Assembly (NCBI GenBank): GCA_015064805.1
Contig: SVRN01000009.1
Span: 2,614 to 66,613, forward strand
DNA from: Oscillospiraceae bacterium
GTDB lineage: Bacteria > Bacillota > Clostridia > Oscillospirales > CAG-272
Direction: 5' to 3'
DNA: 64,000 nucleotides
In this document: piece after piece, positions 61,861-64,000 of the stretch
Position numbering within the stretch: the stretch's first letter is position 1
How the letters are laid out: the number at the start of each line of letters is the position of its first letter
Notes under the pieces: model-generated
What the model saw: only the letters and a program-made list of their open reading frames with translations
What the model was told of the DNA's origin: nothing
Databases searched by the model: none
Program-made: the position numbers and the translations under genes

Positions 61861-63090
61861 TTACTTCTTTTTGGCCCGCTCGTGCACTGCATCCCAGTAG
61901 GCCGCGGCCGCGCTCTCCTGCTTGTTGGGGGCGGGCTTGTAATACTGCTTGCCTCGCAGATCGTCGGGCAGATATTGCTGGGGAACGTAATGGTCGGGAT
62001 AGTCGTGCGGGTAGCGGTAGCCCTTAAAGAGGGGCGATTGCAGATGCGCGGGAACATTGACGCCCTTGCCGTCGTTGATGTCCTGCATGGCGGCGTCCAG
62101 TGCCAGGTACGCGCTGTTGGATTTGGGCGAGGTCGCCAGCATCAGCGCGGCGTTGATCAGCGGAATACGTCCCTCGGGCAGACCCAGCTCGACGGCCGAT
62201 TCACAGCAGGCGCGGGTGATCATGGCCGCTTGCGGATAGGCAAGGCCGATGTCCTCCGAGGCGATGACCTGCAGGCGGCGGCAAAGAGCCAACAGCTCGC
62301 CTGCGGCGACCAGCTTGCCGACGTAAAAGGCGGTCGCATCGGGATCGGAGCCGCGAATGGACTTTTGCAGGCAGGAGAGCAGATCGTAGTGGGTGTCGTC
62401 GTTGAAATTGCCCACCGAGGTGGCAAAGGAGGTCATATCCTCCTCGGAAAGCTCGTCGTCGGCGGCAAAGAAGGTATTTTCAAGCAGGCCGATGGCGCGG
62501 CGGACATCACCGCCCGTGGCGCGGCCGATCTTCTCGAGCAGCTCGTCCGAGGCGGTCTTGGCCGTTCCCGACTCGCCGTTGAGATAGTCCAGCGCGCGGC
62601 GCAAAGCAGGCAAAATCGCCTTGGGCGACACGGGCTTGAACTCAAACAGGCTCGCGCGGGACAAAATGGCGTTGTAAACGTAGAAATGGGGGTTTTCGGT
62701 GGTGGACGAGATCAGCGTAACGCGACCGTCCTCCATATATTCGAGCAGGGATTGCTGTTGCTTGCGGTTGAAATACTGGATCTCGTCCAGATAGAGCAGC
62801 ACGCCGCCCGCGCCGAAGACGTTGTCCGTTTCGGCCAGTACGGCCTTGACGTCGGCAAGGGAGGCCGAGGTTGCGTTCAGGCGGCGGAACAGCATACCCG
62901 ACTGCGCGGCGATGATCTCGGCGGCGGTGGTTTTGCCGATGCCGGGAGGGCCGTAGAATATCATATTGGTGATGCGTCCGCCCTCGACCATGCGGCGGAT
63001 GACACCGCGCGGGCCGAAGAGATGTTCTTGTCCGACGATATCGTCGAAGGTCTTGGGACGCAAAAGGTCAGCGAGCTGAGCGTTTCGCAT
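61861..63090 (-). CDS. rarA: replication-associated recombination protein A (MgsA/RarA AAA+ ATPase)
   Basis: GPPGIGKTT, LLYLDEIQYFNRKQQQSLL and the C-terminal MgsA domain (YLALDAAMQD...NVPAHL). Confidence 0.93.
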   Translation of the reverse strand: MRNAQLADLLRPKTFDDIVGQEHLFGPRGVIRRMVEGGRITNMIFYGPPGIGKTTAAEIIAAQSGMLFRRLNATSASLADVKAVLAETDNVFGAGGVLLYLDEIQYFNRKQQQSLLEYMEDGRVTLISSTTENPHFYVYNAILSRASLFEFKPVSPKAILPALRRALDYLNGESGTAKTASDELLEKIGRATGGDVRRAIGLLENTFFAADDELSEEDMTSFATSVGNFNDDTHYDLLSCLQKSIRGSDPDATAFYVGKLVAAGELLALCRRLQVIASEDIGLAYPQAAMITRACCESAVELGLPEGRIPLINAALMLATSPKSNSAYLALDAAMQDINDGKGVNVPAHLQSPLFKGYRYPHDYPDHYVPQQYLPDDLRGKQYYKPAPNKQESAAAAYWDAVHERAKKK

Positions 63091-63174
63091 GGTGGACTCC
63101 TTATTGATGTGAATATACTATATTTTACCATAGGTTTTTGGGAAATGCAAGGGGGTTTGCGGGGGATGCGGAGA

Positions 63175-63747
63175 GTTTAGCTGGATTTTCAACAACTTCG
63201 CCTACGGGCGCACACTGCTGCGCGCGTGCGCTGTACCGGCTTTGATGCTACTTCTTGGCGTTTCCCAAGAAGTAGCCAAGAAGGAAACCCGGCCGTTCCC
63301 TCCGGGGCCTCCCTCCATCCCTCCGGCCTTTCATGGCCGTCGGGGCTGTTTGTCTCAGCAAGCTTCCTCCATCTTGGGCGCATAAGCGCACGCCCAAGAT
63401 GGGTTCGCATGGCAAAAGCTTTTGCTTTTCCGTCCTGTTTGAACTTTCGTCTATCACAGGGAGAGAGGCAAAAACTAATGTCTTTTGCTAAAGCGGAGTC
63501 CGAGCGACTCCCGTGAGTGCGACTTTGTTTAAGTCGCGCTCGCAAAAGCTGAAGATGCTCGCTTTTGCGTCGTGCTGCGCGCTTGCGCGCCCGCAAAGAC
63601 GCACTGCGGGAATCCAAAGGGCATTAGGCCCTTTGGCGCGTTTTTTCGTCCTTTTTGTCGCGTGACAAAAAGGACAACACACATACACCGCCGCGCGTTG
63701 TGCGGCGGCAAACAAGAGAAGAAGATGTAGCAATTTTAATTTTTATC
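63175..63747 (+). repeat. HME copy 13 (divergent centre)
   Basis: Both arms and the I, J and K modules are present. The centre is replaced by unrelated hairpins, for example CATCTTGGGCG...CGCCCAAGATG. Confidence 0.75.
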
Positions 63748-63848
63748 ATTCAAGCCCACAAATTTTGCAAAAAACCATGACAAAACGCAAATTATCTGCT
63801 ATAATATAGGCAGTAAATCCCACCTTCTAAAAAGAAAGGATATTTGAT

Positions 63849-64000
63849 ATGAAAAAAGTCGTTACGTTTGGTGAGCTGATGCTCCGCCTGGCCCCCGAGG
63901 GCTATAACCGTTTCGTTCAGTCCGAGAGCTTTGGCGCCACCTTTGGCGGCGGCGAGGCCAACGTGGCCGTTTCCCTTGCCAACTACGGCCTGGACGCCGC
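63849..64000 (+). CDS. kdgK: PfkB-family sugar kinase, 2-dehydro-3-deoxygluconokinase-like (5' end only)
   Basis: MKKVVTFGELMLRLAPEGYNRFVQSESFGATFGGGEANVAVSLANYG is a typical KdgK N-terminus. The gene runs off the window end. Confidence 0.75.
   Translation, partial: MKKVVTFGELMLRLAPEGYNRFVQSESFGATFGGGEANVAVSLANYGLDA

Overview
This is an origin-proximal chromosomal segment of a high-GC Bacillota genome, probably Clostridia-like; the taxonomy is inferred from gene content only. On the minus strand the window carries dnaA, an oriC DnaA-box cluster, dnaN, recF, remB and gyrB. mreC-mreD then sit between gyrB and a truncated gyrA. To the right of dnaA the window carries:
- a CopA-type P-type ATPase
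- an IS200/RAYT-like HUH-Y1 transposase
- a PBP2-like gene with degenerate catalytic motifs
- a CPBP protease, a divergent mreB and maf
- a GldA/F/G-type ABC-2 export cluster with a DUF4340 protein
- cca and a complete F1Fo atp operon
- ktrB/ktrA, a PRTase-like gene and mscL
- a roughly 15 kb plus-strand locus of surface lipoproteins (OB-fold repeat proteins, a staphylococcal-type nuclease, a barnase-type RNase) wrapped around a CUT1-type ABC importer
- rarA and the start of a kdgK-like kinase

No rRNA, tRNA or CRISPR array was recognised.

The dominant unexplained signal is non-coding. Almost every inter-operon gap holds a copy of one modular, hairpin-rich mosaic repeat of about 0.5-0.9 kb. 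There are 13 copies or fragments plus related tail and short families, about 9 kb by my manual tally. Their inverted ends and several internal units have REP architecture (a palindrome next to GTAG/CTAC). Stems change between copies with compensatory substitutions, and copies differ by clean presence or absence of sub-modules. The same REP hairpin is embedded in-frame, four times in tandem, inside the only Y1 transposase gene in the window. It also brackets a small AT-rich cargo cassette next to the secreted RNase. All coordinates of repeat boundaries are hand-derived and approximate (about +/-10 nt).
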